NCBI GenBank assembly: GCA_964585225.1
Contig: CAZPCZ010000001.1
Span: 6,018-70,017 of the forward strand
DNA from: an uncultured Gammaproteobacteria bacterium
GTDB lineage: Bacteria; Patescibacteriota; Patescibacteriia; JACPHY01
DNA length: 64,000 nucleotides
Direction: 5' to 3'
Within the stretch, counting starts at the first letter, position 1. Each line of letters starts with the position of its first letter. Made by a program: the position numbers and the translations under genes. Positions 28,096 to 37,323 of this stretch are shown piece after piece. The notes under the pieces were generated by a model. The model did not search any database, was not told the DNA's origin, and saw only the letters and a list, made by a program, of their open reading frames with translations.

Positions 28096-28516
28096 TCACG
28101 ACACCGCTCGCGCGTCGCCGTGTCCTGGCGCGGGGATGGTGTCCCGCGCATCGTACGGCCGATCGGCGAGGGTGATGAGGATCGTCCCCGGCTCCGGGCC
28201 GAAGAACGTGTGCGGGACTCCCGCGGGACATTCGATGAGGCATAGCGCGCGGAGTTGCTCGTGTACCTGCTCCTCCGCGCCCACCCCCCACCACGAACCT
28301 CGCGAACCCACCGTGTGCGAGCATGAACCACTCCGTCGTGGTCGCATGGGCATGACGTCCGAGCGCCATGTCCGCCACGACACGATCGGTACATGTGATC
28401 TCGTTCACGCGCGCAACCGTAAAGGGCGCGGGGAGCTCGACCTCAACGATCGTCCGTCGCGCATCAATGTGGACGACGGGAAGCGGCATCACGGTACAAC
28501 GACGGTCCTGTTCCAT
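28096..28516 (-). pseudogene. FdtA/WxcM-like cupin (sugar 3,4-ketoisomerase-like), frameshifted at a G6 homopolymer
   Basis: N-terminal part (MEQDRRCTVMPLPVVHIDARRTIVEVELPAPFTVARVNEI...GRHAHATTTEWFMLAHG) is in the frame of ORF 27986..28576. C-terminal part (EEQVHEQLRALCLIECPAGVPHTF...ILITLADRPYDARDTIP) is in the frame of ORF 28096..28383. The junction is at the cccccc run near 28275-28280. Confidence 0.55.
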
Positions 28517-28591
28517 GGTGTGCTCCTCTCCTGTTTCCCCCGTGAGCGGATGTTCCGAAACGAGCGACTCGAACAACGCGATCCGAATGCT

Positions 28592-29617
28592 TCATTGATA
28601 CACCGCAGCCGCTGAACGCGACCCCTCCGCAGGACGAAGGGCAAACGCCTTCCCCTCCGCATCCACCATCATACGCACGAGCGCACGGAACGTCGTCTGC
28701 GGTTGCCATCCGAGCTTCGCTCTCGCTTTCGATGCATCACCGACGAGATACGGGATTTCCTTCGGGCGCAGCTCGCGTGGGTCAAAGGCGATGTAGTGTT
28801 CTGGATCGAGCCCCGCGTACGTGAACGCCTCATGGATGAACTCACGAACGGAGTGCGCCTCGCCCGTTGCGATGACGTAGTCATCCGGCTCGTCCTGCTG
28901 GAGCATGAGCCACATCGCCTCGACGTACTCTCTCGCGTACCCCCAGTCGCGTTTCGCGTCGAGGTTCCCAAGGTAGAGCTTCTGCTGCACCCCCGCCTTG
29001 ATGCGATAGATCGCCTGCGTAATCTTCCGGGTGACATACGTCTCACCCCGGCGCGGGGACTCGTGATTGAAGAGGATGCCACCGCACGCGTACATGCCGT
29101 ACGCCTCACGGTAATTCACCGTCACATGGTGCGCGAACGCCTTTGCGGCACCATAGGGACTTGCGGGATGGAATGGCGTCCGTTCGGTGATGGGGAGATC
29201 GGTCGAATCGCCGAACATCTCACTGCTCGACGCTTGGTAGAATCGACAATTCAACCCGCTCTGCCTAATCGCCTCGAGCAACCGAATGGCGCCGAGCCCG
29301 GTGACGTCTCCCGTGAACTCTGGAACGTCAAAACTCACACGGACGTGCGCCTGCGCGCCGATATTGTACACCTCTTCGGGACGAATCGTTTGGATGAGTC
29401 GTTGGAGTGCATTAGAATCCGCGAGATCTGCGTAGTGCAAGAAAAATCGCGTCGTCGGCGAGTGCGGATCTGCGACAAGATGCGCGATGCGCTCCGCATT
29501 GTTCGTACTCGAACGACGAATGGTGCCATGCACCTCATACCCCTTGGCGAGCAACAGCTCCGCGAGGTAGCTTCCGTCTTGGCCAGTGACACCAGTGATA
29601 AGCGCCTTCTTTCTCAT
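28592..29617 (-). CDS. gmd: GDP-mannose 4,6-dehydratase
   Basis: [29 protein letters not shown]. Extended-SDR YxxxK. GGTGGA RBS before MRKK. Confidence 0.9.
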   Translation of the reverse strand: MRKKALITGVTGQDGSYLAELLLAKGYEVHGTIRRSSTNNAERIAHLVADPHSPTTRFFLHYADLADSNALQRLIQTIRPEEVYNIGAQAHVRVSFDVPEFTGDVTGLGAIRLLEAIRQSGLNCRFYQASSSEMFGDSTDLPITERTPFHPASPYGAAKAFAHHVTVNYREAYGMYACGGILFNHESPRRGETYVTRKITQAIYRIKAGVQQKLYLGNLDAKRDWGYAREYVEAMWLMLQQDEPDDYVIATGEAHSVREFIHEAFTYAGLDPEHYIAFDPRELRPKEIPYLVGDASKARAKLGWQPQTTFRALVRMMVDAEGKAFALRPAEGSRSAAAVYQ

Positions 29618-29699
29618 ATCCACCATCGAATCAAGGGCACCGGCGCACCGCAATACCCCCCACACCCGCAGGCGGTCCGTGCCCGGGTGTGCTCGTCAT

Positions 29700-30422
29700 T
29701 CAAAACCACGGGATGCCGACCCGGTGTCCGAGCCCGCGAACGAGCACCCATGCGTACGCTGGGCCGTCGCGCAGTAGTCGGAAATCGCCCGCACTCGATG
29801 GTTGCGGCATGGTAGGAACGTACGCGACGCGCCCGCCTCCGAGGAGCCCCTTCAGAGTGATCTCTGGACAAATTGCGTACCCATTCTGGGTTAACCCGAG
29901 CGCTTGGACGTACACGCGGTCAAACATCTTATACCCGTACGTGGAATCGGTCACGGTGTGTCCGAGGAGGAACCGCACGAGCGCGCGGTAGAGTTTCTGG
30001 TATGCACGGAACTGCCATGAGAGCGCGCGCGCATCTTCCGACCGCGTGTACCGTGTTGCCTGCGCAACGTGTGCGCCGGCGTGGAGCGCGGCGAGCATCT
30101 TCGGGAGCGCGCCAAGGTCATCCTCCGCGTAGGGGGACACGAGTGCGATGTACCGGCTCGTCGAATACGCAATGCCGAACCGTGCGAGCGCACCGAACCG
30201 TCGCGCAGCACCGAGGCGCTCGAGGAGCGTGAACTGCACCCATGGGTATCGCTCGCGCATAAAGCGGACGATCGTGTCGCGATGCGGATCCTCATCATTC
30301 GCGACGACGATCACGTCCGTATCGCTCGGGTTCGCCATGAGATACGCCGCGAGCTGATCGAGGAACGACGGGAGAACCTCCGTGGACGTCGTGCACGGGA
30401 TCACGATGGACACTTCATTCAT
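29700..30422 (-). CDS. GT2 glycosyltransferase
   Basis: MNEVSIVIPC...VVANDED. ATG chosen because the TTG ORF start at 30455 lies inside the conserved leader motif. Confidence 0.75.
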   Translation of the reverse strand: MNEVSIVIPCTTSTEVLPSFLDQLAAYLMANPSDTDVIVVANDEDPHRDTIVRFMRERYPWVQFTLLERLGAARRFGALARFGIAYSTSRYIALVSPYAEDDLGALPKMLAALHAGAHVAQATRYTRSEDARALSWQFRAYQKLYRALVRFLLGHTVTDSTYGYKMFDRVYVQALGLTQNGYAICPEITLKGLLGGGRVAYVPTMPQPSSAGDFRLLRDGPAYAWVLVRGLGHRVGIPWF

Positions 30423-30462
30423 AGAAAGCCGCAAGCCGACAGCTGCAAGCTTCAAGCAGCGG
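30423..30462 (-). promoter_or_regulatory. Conserved 5' leader motif copy 2, immediately upstream of the GT2 ATG
   Basis: Minus strand reads CGCTGCTTGAAGCTTGCAGCTGTCGGCTTGCGGCTTTCT-ATG. Confidence 0.5.
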
Positions 30463-30470
30463 CGGGATCT

Positions 30471-31460
30471 TCATACGCGCGCTCCGGTCTGCACGCGGCC
30501 GAATGGCATCTCGTATTCCTGGAGGAGTGGTTTCAAGTACAGGTAATTCGAGAATCGAGTGACAAATGAATTCTTGATCCGTCCCTCCTCGAGGAGCGCC
30601 TTGAGCTCGATGATGCCGTCCTCGATGCGGCGCTCCGGACGAAACCCGAGATCGCGCTGCGCCTTCGCGCTCGTTGTGCGGTAGTTGCGGTTGTCCTGCG
30701 TCATCACCGACGATCGCTCGACGACCGCATGGGGGAAGTGGTGATGGATGCGATCCGCGAGATCGTGGATGGTGCAGTTCTCCGCATGCGCGTTGTATGT
30801 ACCCGCGGATGGTGTCGTAAGCTCCTGCGCGATGAGCTGCGCGATGTCCTTCACGTGGACGAACGGCCGGAACTGCTGCCCACCGAACACGCTCATCTTC
30901 CTATGGAGCGCGGCGCGCATCGTGAGCGTGTTCACGACGAGGTCGAACCGAATCCGCGCGTGTGTATCGCCGACGCCGTAGAGCGTCCCCAGCCGGAATT
31001 GGAGCACGTTCGGACGACGCGCGAGGAGCTCCTCGCCCCAAATCTTCGTCTTCGCGTAGAGCGAGAGCGGATGGAGCGGCGACCCCTCGTGGAGCTCATC
31101 ATCACGCTCCGTCGCGCCGTACACGGAACATGACGACATCACCAAGAGCTTGCCGTGGGAGTGCTCCGCGGCGTACCGCAGCGCATGGACGTTCACATCC
31201 ATCGTGAGCCGTTCGTTGAGCGCGCACGCGGGATCGCCGACGAGCGCCGCGAGCCAGACCACTGCATCCGCCCAGTCAAGGTGCGGCTGGAGTTGCGCGT
31301 AGTCGCGAACATCTCCGTACACGAACGGCACATCCTTGCGGTATGACTCCTCGTAGAGCAGCACGTCGTAGACGCGCACCTCGTGATCGCTCGTCCGGAG
31401 TACATCCGTCAGCGCCCCGCCGAGGTATCCCGCGCCGCCGGTGATGAGGACGCGTGCCAT
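30471..31460 (-). CDS. NAD-dependent sugar epimerase/dehydratase (SDR), paralog of 4070..5110
   Basis: MARVLITGGAGYLGG. Shared blocks with the 4070 gene. Confidence 0.85.
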   Translation of the reverse strand: MARVLITGGAGYLGGALTDVLRTSDHEVRVYDVLLYEESYRKDVPFVYGDVRDYAQLQPHLDWADAVVWLAALVGDPACALNERLTMDVNVHALRYAAEHSHGKLLVMSSCSVYGATERDDELHEGSPLHPLSLYAKTKIWGEELLARRPNVLQFRLGTLYGVGDTHARIRFDLVVNTLTMRAALHRKMSVFGGQQFRPFVHVKDIAQLIAQELTTPSAGTYNAHAENCTIHDLADRIHHHFPHAVVERSSVMTQDNRNYRTTSAKAQRDLGFRPERRIEDGIIELKALLEEGRIKNSFVTRFSNYLYLKPLLQEYEMPFGRVQTGARV

Positions 31461-31461
31461 A

Positions 31462-33195
31462 CTACGTCGACGCACGGACAACCTCTCCATCATTCGCAAC
31501 GCGCGCCGCAGCGTACGTCAGCGCGAGCGCACTCCAAAACCACGGGTGGACCCAAAGGTACACGGTCTGGTGGTAGAGGACGAGCGCCAGGAAGAGCGGG
31601 AAGAGCACGACGATGGGAAGGACCACGCGACTACGCCGCGTCCTCCAAAGCGCAGCGAGTCCACGAACCATCACCACCACGAGGAGTCCGGCAATCGCAA
31701 TGAGGCCGAGCGCGCCGGTCTCGGCCCACGCGTTCATAAAGATATTGAAGATGCCCTTATCCATGTCTCCAGCCGGAACCTCTTCGTCGACGAAAATACG
31801 AGCTTTCAAGTGACGAGCCGCTGCAGCGCTCTGCGCCTCGCGCCGAACCTGTTCAGCAAATGTATCGAATATCCGCTTATCTTTCAGCTGCCCCGCACCG
31901 ATACCGGTCAACGGATACGTTCGGCCCACCACCCACCCGACGGCGATGCCGCGCCTCCGTATACTGAACGAACTCTCGACGCGTGATGGCACCCAATTCA
32001 GCCGCGCGAGGTTCTGATTGGTGTAGAACGGATCCACTGGTGGAACCGTCGGGGGAGGGGGAGGTGGAACCGTCGGGGGAGGGGGAGGGGGCGATGCAGA
32101 AGATATCGTCACCGGAACGCGCTCCGAAGTCGCGCGGGCGGTCGACGGTGATGCCGCTTCGGGAACAAACGCGCGCAGGAATGATGCGAGGGCCACCACA
32201 CGATCCTCCTGCGCAACGAGGCCCGCAGCGATCGCGTCTCCGGTCACTGGAGATGGAGGACGATCGGCAACTGTGAGGGCGTATGTGGTGCGCCACGACA
32301 GCAACGTACGCGCGGTGTTCTGAATCTCAATGAGATTGTACCGATACCAGGAGACGACGAAGAACATGCCGAGGAGGAGCACCGCCCTCCATCGTTGCGT
32401 ACGAATCGTCGTGAGCATGAGAAGGCAGAGGAATGTGAGCAGCACGATCTGTCCAACTTTCACGAATGCAAAGAACACGAGCTGGGTCCAGAGCGCGAGG
32501 ATGACGAACAGCACAATACTCACCCACCGATGACGTTGCTCCCGCACGAAGAGGTACACGAGTCCAGCGCCAAAAAAAATGAGGGCGTAAGCAAGGACGT
32601 GCACGGTGGACCTCCCGATGAACTCGGTTATCTCGAGTAACCAGGACTGTCCGGGAGACGCATAACTATGGGAAAGGAACTTCGAGTACGTCACTGTAAT
32701 GATCGCGAGGCACGAGATCCCCATTGCGCTCAATACCGAACGGATGAGCCGATCCGACCGAAGGACGTTCACGAGGAGGAAGACGAGGAAGCTGTACCGC
32801 GCAACGGCGATGCCGACTTGGAGCAGCAACGCACGATCGCTCGCGATGGGGAATGCGATGAACTGCGCGACGGCGTTCAGGAGGAGCAGCGCGTAGAGGA
32901 TGGGGGCGTGGATGATGCGAAGACGGCGCGTCGCGAGCGCATGCATCGTGAAGAGGATCACGAGGAGCAACGCGAGCTCGGTATATTTCACCGACGTTCC
33001 GAATACCGGCAACCGTCCCGGGAGCGGGATGCCGAACGCATTGAACGGGAGCAGTACGAAGTATACAAGGGTGCTCACGTGCAGCCAGCGATACTCGCGA
33101 TCATTGAACACCTCCTGAATATCATGGAACACCATCGCCCCCGCGCGATGGACGCTCTCCCATACGATTCCAATGATTCGTTGCGGGGCAGTCAT
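31462..33195 (-). CDS. O-antigen ligase / Wzy_C-family membrane protein with a proline-rich periplasmic insert
   Basis: 577 aa with at least 10 TM segments. GIGAGQ...IFNIFMNAWAETGALGLIA resembles the Wzy_C GxGxG...HN..LE..E.G signature. Internal PPPPPPTVPPPPPPTVPP from a 24-nt tandem duplication. Confidence 0.7.
   Translation of the reverse strand: MTAPQRIIGIVWESVHRAGAMVFHDIQEVFNDREYRWLHVSTLVYFVLLPFNAFGIPLPGRLPVFGTSVKYTELALLLVILFTMHALATRRLRIIHAPILYALLLLNAVAQFIAFPIASDRALLLQVGIAVARYSFLVFLLVNVLRSDRLIRSVLSAMGISCLAIITVTYSKFLSHSYASPGQSWLLEITEFIGRSTVHVLAYALIFFGAGLVYLFVREQRHRWVSIVLFVILALWTQLVFFAFVKVGQIVLLTFLCLLMLTTIRTQRWRAVLLLGMFFVVSWYRYNLIEIQNTARTLLSWRTTYALTVADRPPSPVTGDAIAAGLVAQEDRVVALASFLRAFVPEAASPSTARATSERVPVTISSASPPPPPPTVPPPPPPTVPPVDPFYTNQNLARLNWVPSRVESSFSIRRRGIAVGWVVGRTYPLTGIGAGQLKDKRIFDTFAEQVRREAQSAAAARHLKARIFVDEEVPAGDMDKGIFNIFMNAWAETGALGLIAIAGLLVVVMVRGLAALWRTRRSRVVLPIVVLFPLFLALVLYHQTVYLWVHPWFWSALALTYAAARVANDGEVVRAST
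32041..32088. repeat. Perfect 24-nt tandem duplication (gtggaaccgtcgggggagggggag x2) inside the ligase-like CDS
   Basis: Encodes PPPPPPTV x2. The plus-strand GGGGGAGGGGGAG resembles one arm of the palindromic element family. Confidence 0.85.
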
Positions 33196-35516
33196 ACGCC
33201 TTCCGATGCCATCATCGTCGTGTAGAGCGTCGCGTACCGCGCGGTGACTCGATCGGCACCGTACTCCTGGACCACCCGCTCTCGCGTGTGCAGTCCCATT
33301 GTTTGCGTCCCAGCATCTCCTACGGTGATCGCTGCAATGGCGCGTGCGAAACCCCCGACATCATCAGGATCAACCAGGATACCCTCGACGTCTGGCCGGA
33401 TGAGCGCACGCACCGGTGGGATGTTCGACCCAATGATCGGGAGCCCGCATCCCATTGCCTCGAGAACCGCGTTCGGCATCCCCTCGGATCGTGACGCAAT
33501 CACGAAGACATCCGCGGCGTGGTAGTACGGGAGGACATCCTCCACGACACCGGTGAATCGTACGCGCCGCGCAACGCCACGCTGCACGCGGTACCGCTCC
33601 AGCGCAACTCGCTCCGGACCGTCTCCGACAAGGAGGAGCACGACGTCCTCCGACAGCATTGCGATGGCATCAATGAGCGTCGTGAGGTTCTTCTGTGCGT
33701 GGAGACGGCCAACGGAGAGGACGAGGCGCGACGTCGCATGATCACTCCCGAGGACCGCTCGCCGTGCACGATCCCGTTCTGTCGCACTCGGTGGTGCAAA
33801 GCGGTCCGTGCGGACGCTGTTCGGGATGTGTGCGATCGGCGCGCATCCCACTGCGCGCATCTCCGCAGCCGTCTCATCGCTGACACCAACGAACTGATCA
33901 ATGCCGTGCCGGAGGAGCGTCACGCCACGCCTCCCGAATTGCCGATGGAGCTCCCCCACATCACCGTACAGTCCGCTACACGCGTTCTTCGCGATCACGC
34001 GCTTGCTCGGCAGCAGGTGACGCGCAATGCTCGCGACGAGGCCCGATGTCTGGAGCTGGTGTGCGTGGATGACATCGTACCGCTTCCGAAGGACGAGGAG
34101 AAGCGCGACCGCCCCAATGAGATATGCCGCCGCATTCCAACGACGCCACCCGCGAATGAAGGGAATGCGGTACATGCGAAACCCCCACCGCGTTCCGATG
34201 AACGGAAGCCGCTCCTGACGCATGGTGTCCGTACGAACGCTCGTGATAAAGAAGCTCCGGTACCCCATCGTACGGAGTCGCTCCGCGAGTTGGAGCGCTT
34301 GCCGCTCCATGCCTCCGAGCGAATCGAGGAACGTGAGGAGGTGAACGATGCGCGGACGCATGAGCTGCGTGGAGAGTGACGCACACTGCTCCACGACGCG
34401 CTCGATCACGTACTGCTCCGCGACGAGCATCCGCGCACGCTCCCCCATCCGCCTTCGTTCATCCGGATGCGCGAGGAACCACTGGAGTCCCGCGGCGATC
34501 GCATCCGGTGACTGGGGATCCACGAGGATGCCGGTTCCACCGCGCAGGAACGGCTGACCTGCCTCGCGCACGGCGTCCGGAACGAGATCGGGATTCCCAC
34601 CCGCATCACTCAAGAGGAGCGCGCAGCCGTTCGCCATCGCCTCGAGTGCGGCGTTCGAGAGGCCCTCGGTGCGCGAGGGGAGGACGAAGAGGTCTGCTTC
34701 CGCGAGTGCCGGCGCAGTATCCGCAACCGCTCCGTGGAACGTCACACGATTGGCAATGCCGAGATCCGCGACGCGCCGCTCGAGTTCCGCACGCTCCGGG
34801 CCGTCACCGACGATCGCGAGTGTGATGCATGCACGCTCCGCCGACGTGAGGCGCGCCATCGCCCCGAGGAGCGCCGCGACGTTCTTCTTCGGTGTGAGGG
34901 TTCCGACGAACGCCGCGCGGAGCTCCGTCGAGGTCGAACGAGTTGATTGATCTATGGGAAGCTCGACGCCGTTCGGAATGTCCGTGATCCGCTCTGCGGG
35001 AACACCAACGCGGAGGAGATCGCGGTGCACTGCACGGCTCGTCGCGACGAACCGATCGACGTGACGGAGGAGGAAGCGGCGTGCGAACGCGCCGTACCAG
35101 TGCGTCTGCTGGAGGACGTCGAGGTCAAACCGCTCGCCGCTGTTCCCGATCTTCACCATGATCGGCTTCCCTCGCCACCGCACGGCGACACCTGCTACGA
35201 ACGCGGGCCAGAGTGCCTGGTGCGCATGGATGACGTCGAACGACCTCGCCCGTCTCCACACGCGCCAACCGAGGAGGACGGGCGCGAGGAACCCGAATCC
35301 CATGCGCACGCGACCGATGCGCGCGATGGGGTACGCGACACGCTCCACGGTGACACCGCCGTACGCCTCATGGGTCGCCACACCACGCTCCGGACGCACG
35401 GTGAGTACGGTGACGGCATCCCCGCGCGCGGTGAGCGCGCGGGCGAGGAGCTCGCACTGCCGTTCCGCTCCACCGATCGTGGGACGGAACTGCCCGATGA
35501 CCATAAGGATCTTCAT
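33192..35516 (-). CDS. Tandem double GT4 glycosyltransferase (two complete GT-B modules in one 774-aa polypeptide)
   Basis: Two N-terminal GT4 starts (MKILMVIGQF...GGAERQ and RIVHLLTFLDSLGGMERQ). Two C-terminal E..G motifs (LSNAALEAMANG and MPNAVLEAMGCG). Confidence 0.85.
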   Translation of the reverse strand: MKILMVIGQFRPTIGGAERQCELLARALTARGDAVTVLTVRPERGVATHEAYGGVTVERVAYPIARIGRVRMGFGFLAPVLLGWRVWRRARSFDVIHAHQALWPAFVAGVAVRWRGKPIMVKIGNSGERFDLDVLQQTHWYGAFARRFLLRHVDRFVATSRAVHRDLLRVGVPAERITDIPNGVELPIDQSTRSTSTELRAAFVGTLTPKKNVAALLGAMARLTSAERACITLAIVGDGPERAELERRVADLGIANRVTFHGAVADTAPALAEADLFVLPSRTEGLSNAALEAMANGCALLLSDAGGNPDLVPDAVREAGQPFLRGGTGILVDPQSPDAIAAGLQWFLAHPDERRRMGERARMLVAEQYVIERVVEQCASLSTQLMRPRIVHLLTFLDSLGGMERQALQLAERLRTMGYRSFFITSVRTDTMRQERLPFIGTRWGFRMYRIPFIRGWRRWNAAAYLIGAVALLLVLRKRYDVIHAHQLQTSGLVASIARHLLPSKRVIAKNACSGLYGDVGELHRQFGRRGVTLLRHGIDQFVGVSDETAAEMRAVGCAPIAHIPNSVRTDRFAPPSATERDRARRAVLGSDHATSRLVLSVGRLHAQKNLTTLIDAIAMLSEDVVLLLVGDGPERVALERYRVQRGVARRVRFTGVVEDVLPYYHAADVFVIASRSEGMPNAVLEAMGCGLPIIGSNIPPVRALIRPDVEGILVDPDDVGGFARAIAAITVGDAGTQTMGLHTRERVVQEYGADRVTARYATLYTTMMASEGV

Positions 35517-36487
35517 GCACGATCGAGGAGTACGGTCCGCACTCCGCCGAGGTCGCAGATGACGCGCTCCGCATCTTCAGCGCGGACCTCTCGATACAGG
35601 CCGCGGGTTGCTCCGTCGGTACGTATGGTCTGCTCGGGTTTGTACCCGAGGGCGTGGAGTGACGTCTTGCGCTCATCTGATGATGCGAGTACTGCCGCGT
35701 GGTACCCCAGCGCGAACAGTGCACGGAGCTGCGTGCGCATGGAGTGCGCCGCGTCGTCGTACGCACGGAAGTGCGTCTCGAAGAGGATCATGCCGCAGAA
35801 TGCATCGGCGCGGACGGCCCGCACGATGCCCTCGAAGACCTCCACCTCATGCCCCTCGATATCCATGCGGACGAGATCCACCGGTCGCTTGTCGGAGAGG
35901 AACGTGCGAACATCGAACGTAGGGACCTCAATGGTGCGGCCGCTCATGCGGGCAACGGTCGTCCCGGTACGATGGGACGTGGGGTGGAGCGTGTGGACGT
36001 TCGAAAGCTCGGAGAGATGGAACGTCGCGGTCCCATCGCGGTTCGAGATGGCGCACGCCTCGATCGCGACGCGATCGGCGATGCTGTTCAATGCAACGTT
36101 CCGACGGAGGAACGTGATGTTCTCCGGTGCGGGCTCACATGCGTACACGAACCCGGTCGAACCCATGAGACGGGCCTCCATGACCACGTAGTACCCGATA
36201 TTCGCTCCGCAATCCCAGACCACCATGCCTGGTCGGAGGACGCGCTGGAGGATCCACCGGTGCTCGAGTTCGCGCTTACCGAAAATTGCGAGCGTCTTTG
36301 CAATGCCGGGATCCGCGAGATCGAGATCGAGCTCGAAATCGAAGACCCGCCGTCGAAGCACGGGCTGCTGACGAACGTATCGCGTCCAGAGGTACTGAAC
36401 AGCGTTCGCGGTATGACGGGGTCCCTCGGAGAGCTTGAAGTCCGTCCAGAGCGCTGTCACCGATCGAAGGTGCATAGGGGAAATCAC
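35513..36487 (-). CDS. FkbM-family methyltransferase
   Basis: VWDCGANIGYY motif I. ATGA overlaps on both sides. Confidence 0.75.
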   Translation of the reverse strand: MISPMHLRSVTALWTDFKLSEGPRHTANAVQYLWTRYVRQQPVLRRRVFDFELDLDLADPGIAKTLAIFGKRELEHRWILQRVLRPGMVVWDCGANIGYYVVMEARLMGSTGFVYACEPAPENITFLRRNVALNSIADRVAIEACAISNRDGTATFHLSELSNVHTLHPTSHRTGTTVARMSGRTIEVPTFDVRTFLSDKRPVDLVRMDIEGHEVEVFEGIVRAVRADAFCGMILFETHFRAYDDAAHSMRTQLRALFALGYHAAVLASSDERKTSLHALGYKPEQTIRTDGATRGLYREVRAEDAERVICDLGGVRTVLLDRA

Positions 36488-37323
36488 GATACTCGCGGGT
36501 GGAGGACCACCTCATCCTGTCCGAGCGACGCGACCGCGCGACCCGCAGGATCGCGGACATCATAGCCGAGCGCATCAATCTCCGCGGCGAGCACCTCGAC
36601 GGAATCGCCGAGGAGCGGGAGGTGCTTCGGGTGTACACTCAAAAAAATACGGGGACGCGCACGCATGAACGTGGCACGACCGCCGCGGAACACACGGAGC
36701 TCCGCACCCTCGACATCAATCTTGATGACGTCAGGGGTGATGCCGCGCGCGGCGCAGAACGCATCGAGCGTCACCTGCGGCCGCGTGGTCGCATGGTAGC
36801 GATCCGCGTTCGTACGCACCGCCCGTGCGTTCATGCCGACCACGTCCTGCTGTTCATAGAACTCCACTGCATCCGCATCGCACTCACCCACCAACGTGGG
36901 TACCACCGTGATGTTTGCACAGCCATTCAGCGCGGCATGTCGTTCCAACGCCGCGCGATTTGCAGCGGCGGGCTCGAAGGCGTAGCAGTGACCACCGGGA
37001 GCGAGCACGCGACTCGCAGGGAGCGCGTAGAGTCCGATGTGCGCGCCGATGTCGAAGACGACGTGCGCATCGCGGCACGCCGCGACCCACGCAGCGAACC
37101 CGGCATTCTTCCCGCTCCCCCACGCGGCGTAATCGAGCGACCCCACCGCGAGCTCGGGAACGATACGGAATGTTCCAGATGTTCCGATGCGCACCGGCAC
37201 GCCGCGTGGGTACGCGCGCGCGAGCGCCCACCTGACGGCAGCGCGCGCCGCTCGGATTGGCGCAGCGTCCGGCGGGAGATACCGGCGACGGATTGTTTGG
37301 GCGAGGTGAACTGCGGGAATCAT
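36484..37323 (-). CDS. FkbM-family methyltransferase
   Basis: VFDIGAHIGLY motif I. ATGA overlaps on both sides. Confidence 0.75.
   Translation of the reverse strand: MIPAVHLAQTIRRRYLPPDAAPIRAARAAVRWALARAYPRGVPVRIGTSGTFRIVPELAVGSLDYAAWGSGKNAGFAAWVAACRDAHVVFDIGAHIGLYALPASRVLAPGGHCYAFEPAAANRAALERHAALNGCANITVVPTLVGECDADAVEFYEQQDVVGMNARAVRTNADRYHATTRPQVTLDAFCAARGITPDVIKIDVEGAELRVFRGGRATFMRARPRIFLSVHPKHLPLLGDSVEVLAAEIDALGYDVRDPAGRAVASLGQDEVVLHPRVS

Noticed and set aside
26915-28615. Plus-strand 566-aa ORF and the nested minus-frame ORFs over fcl (27223..27930, 27414..27602)
   Set aside because: Alternative-frame shadows of the fcl gene. The fcl frame carries the conserved SDR motifs.
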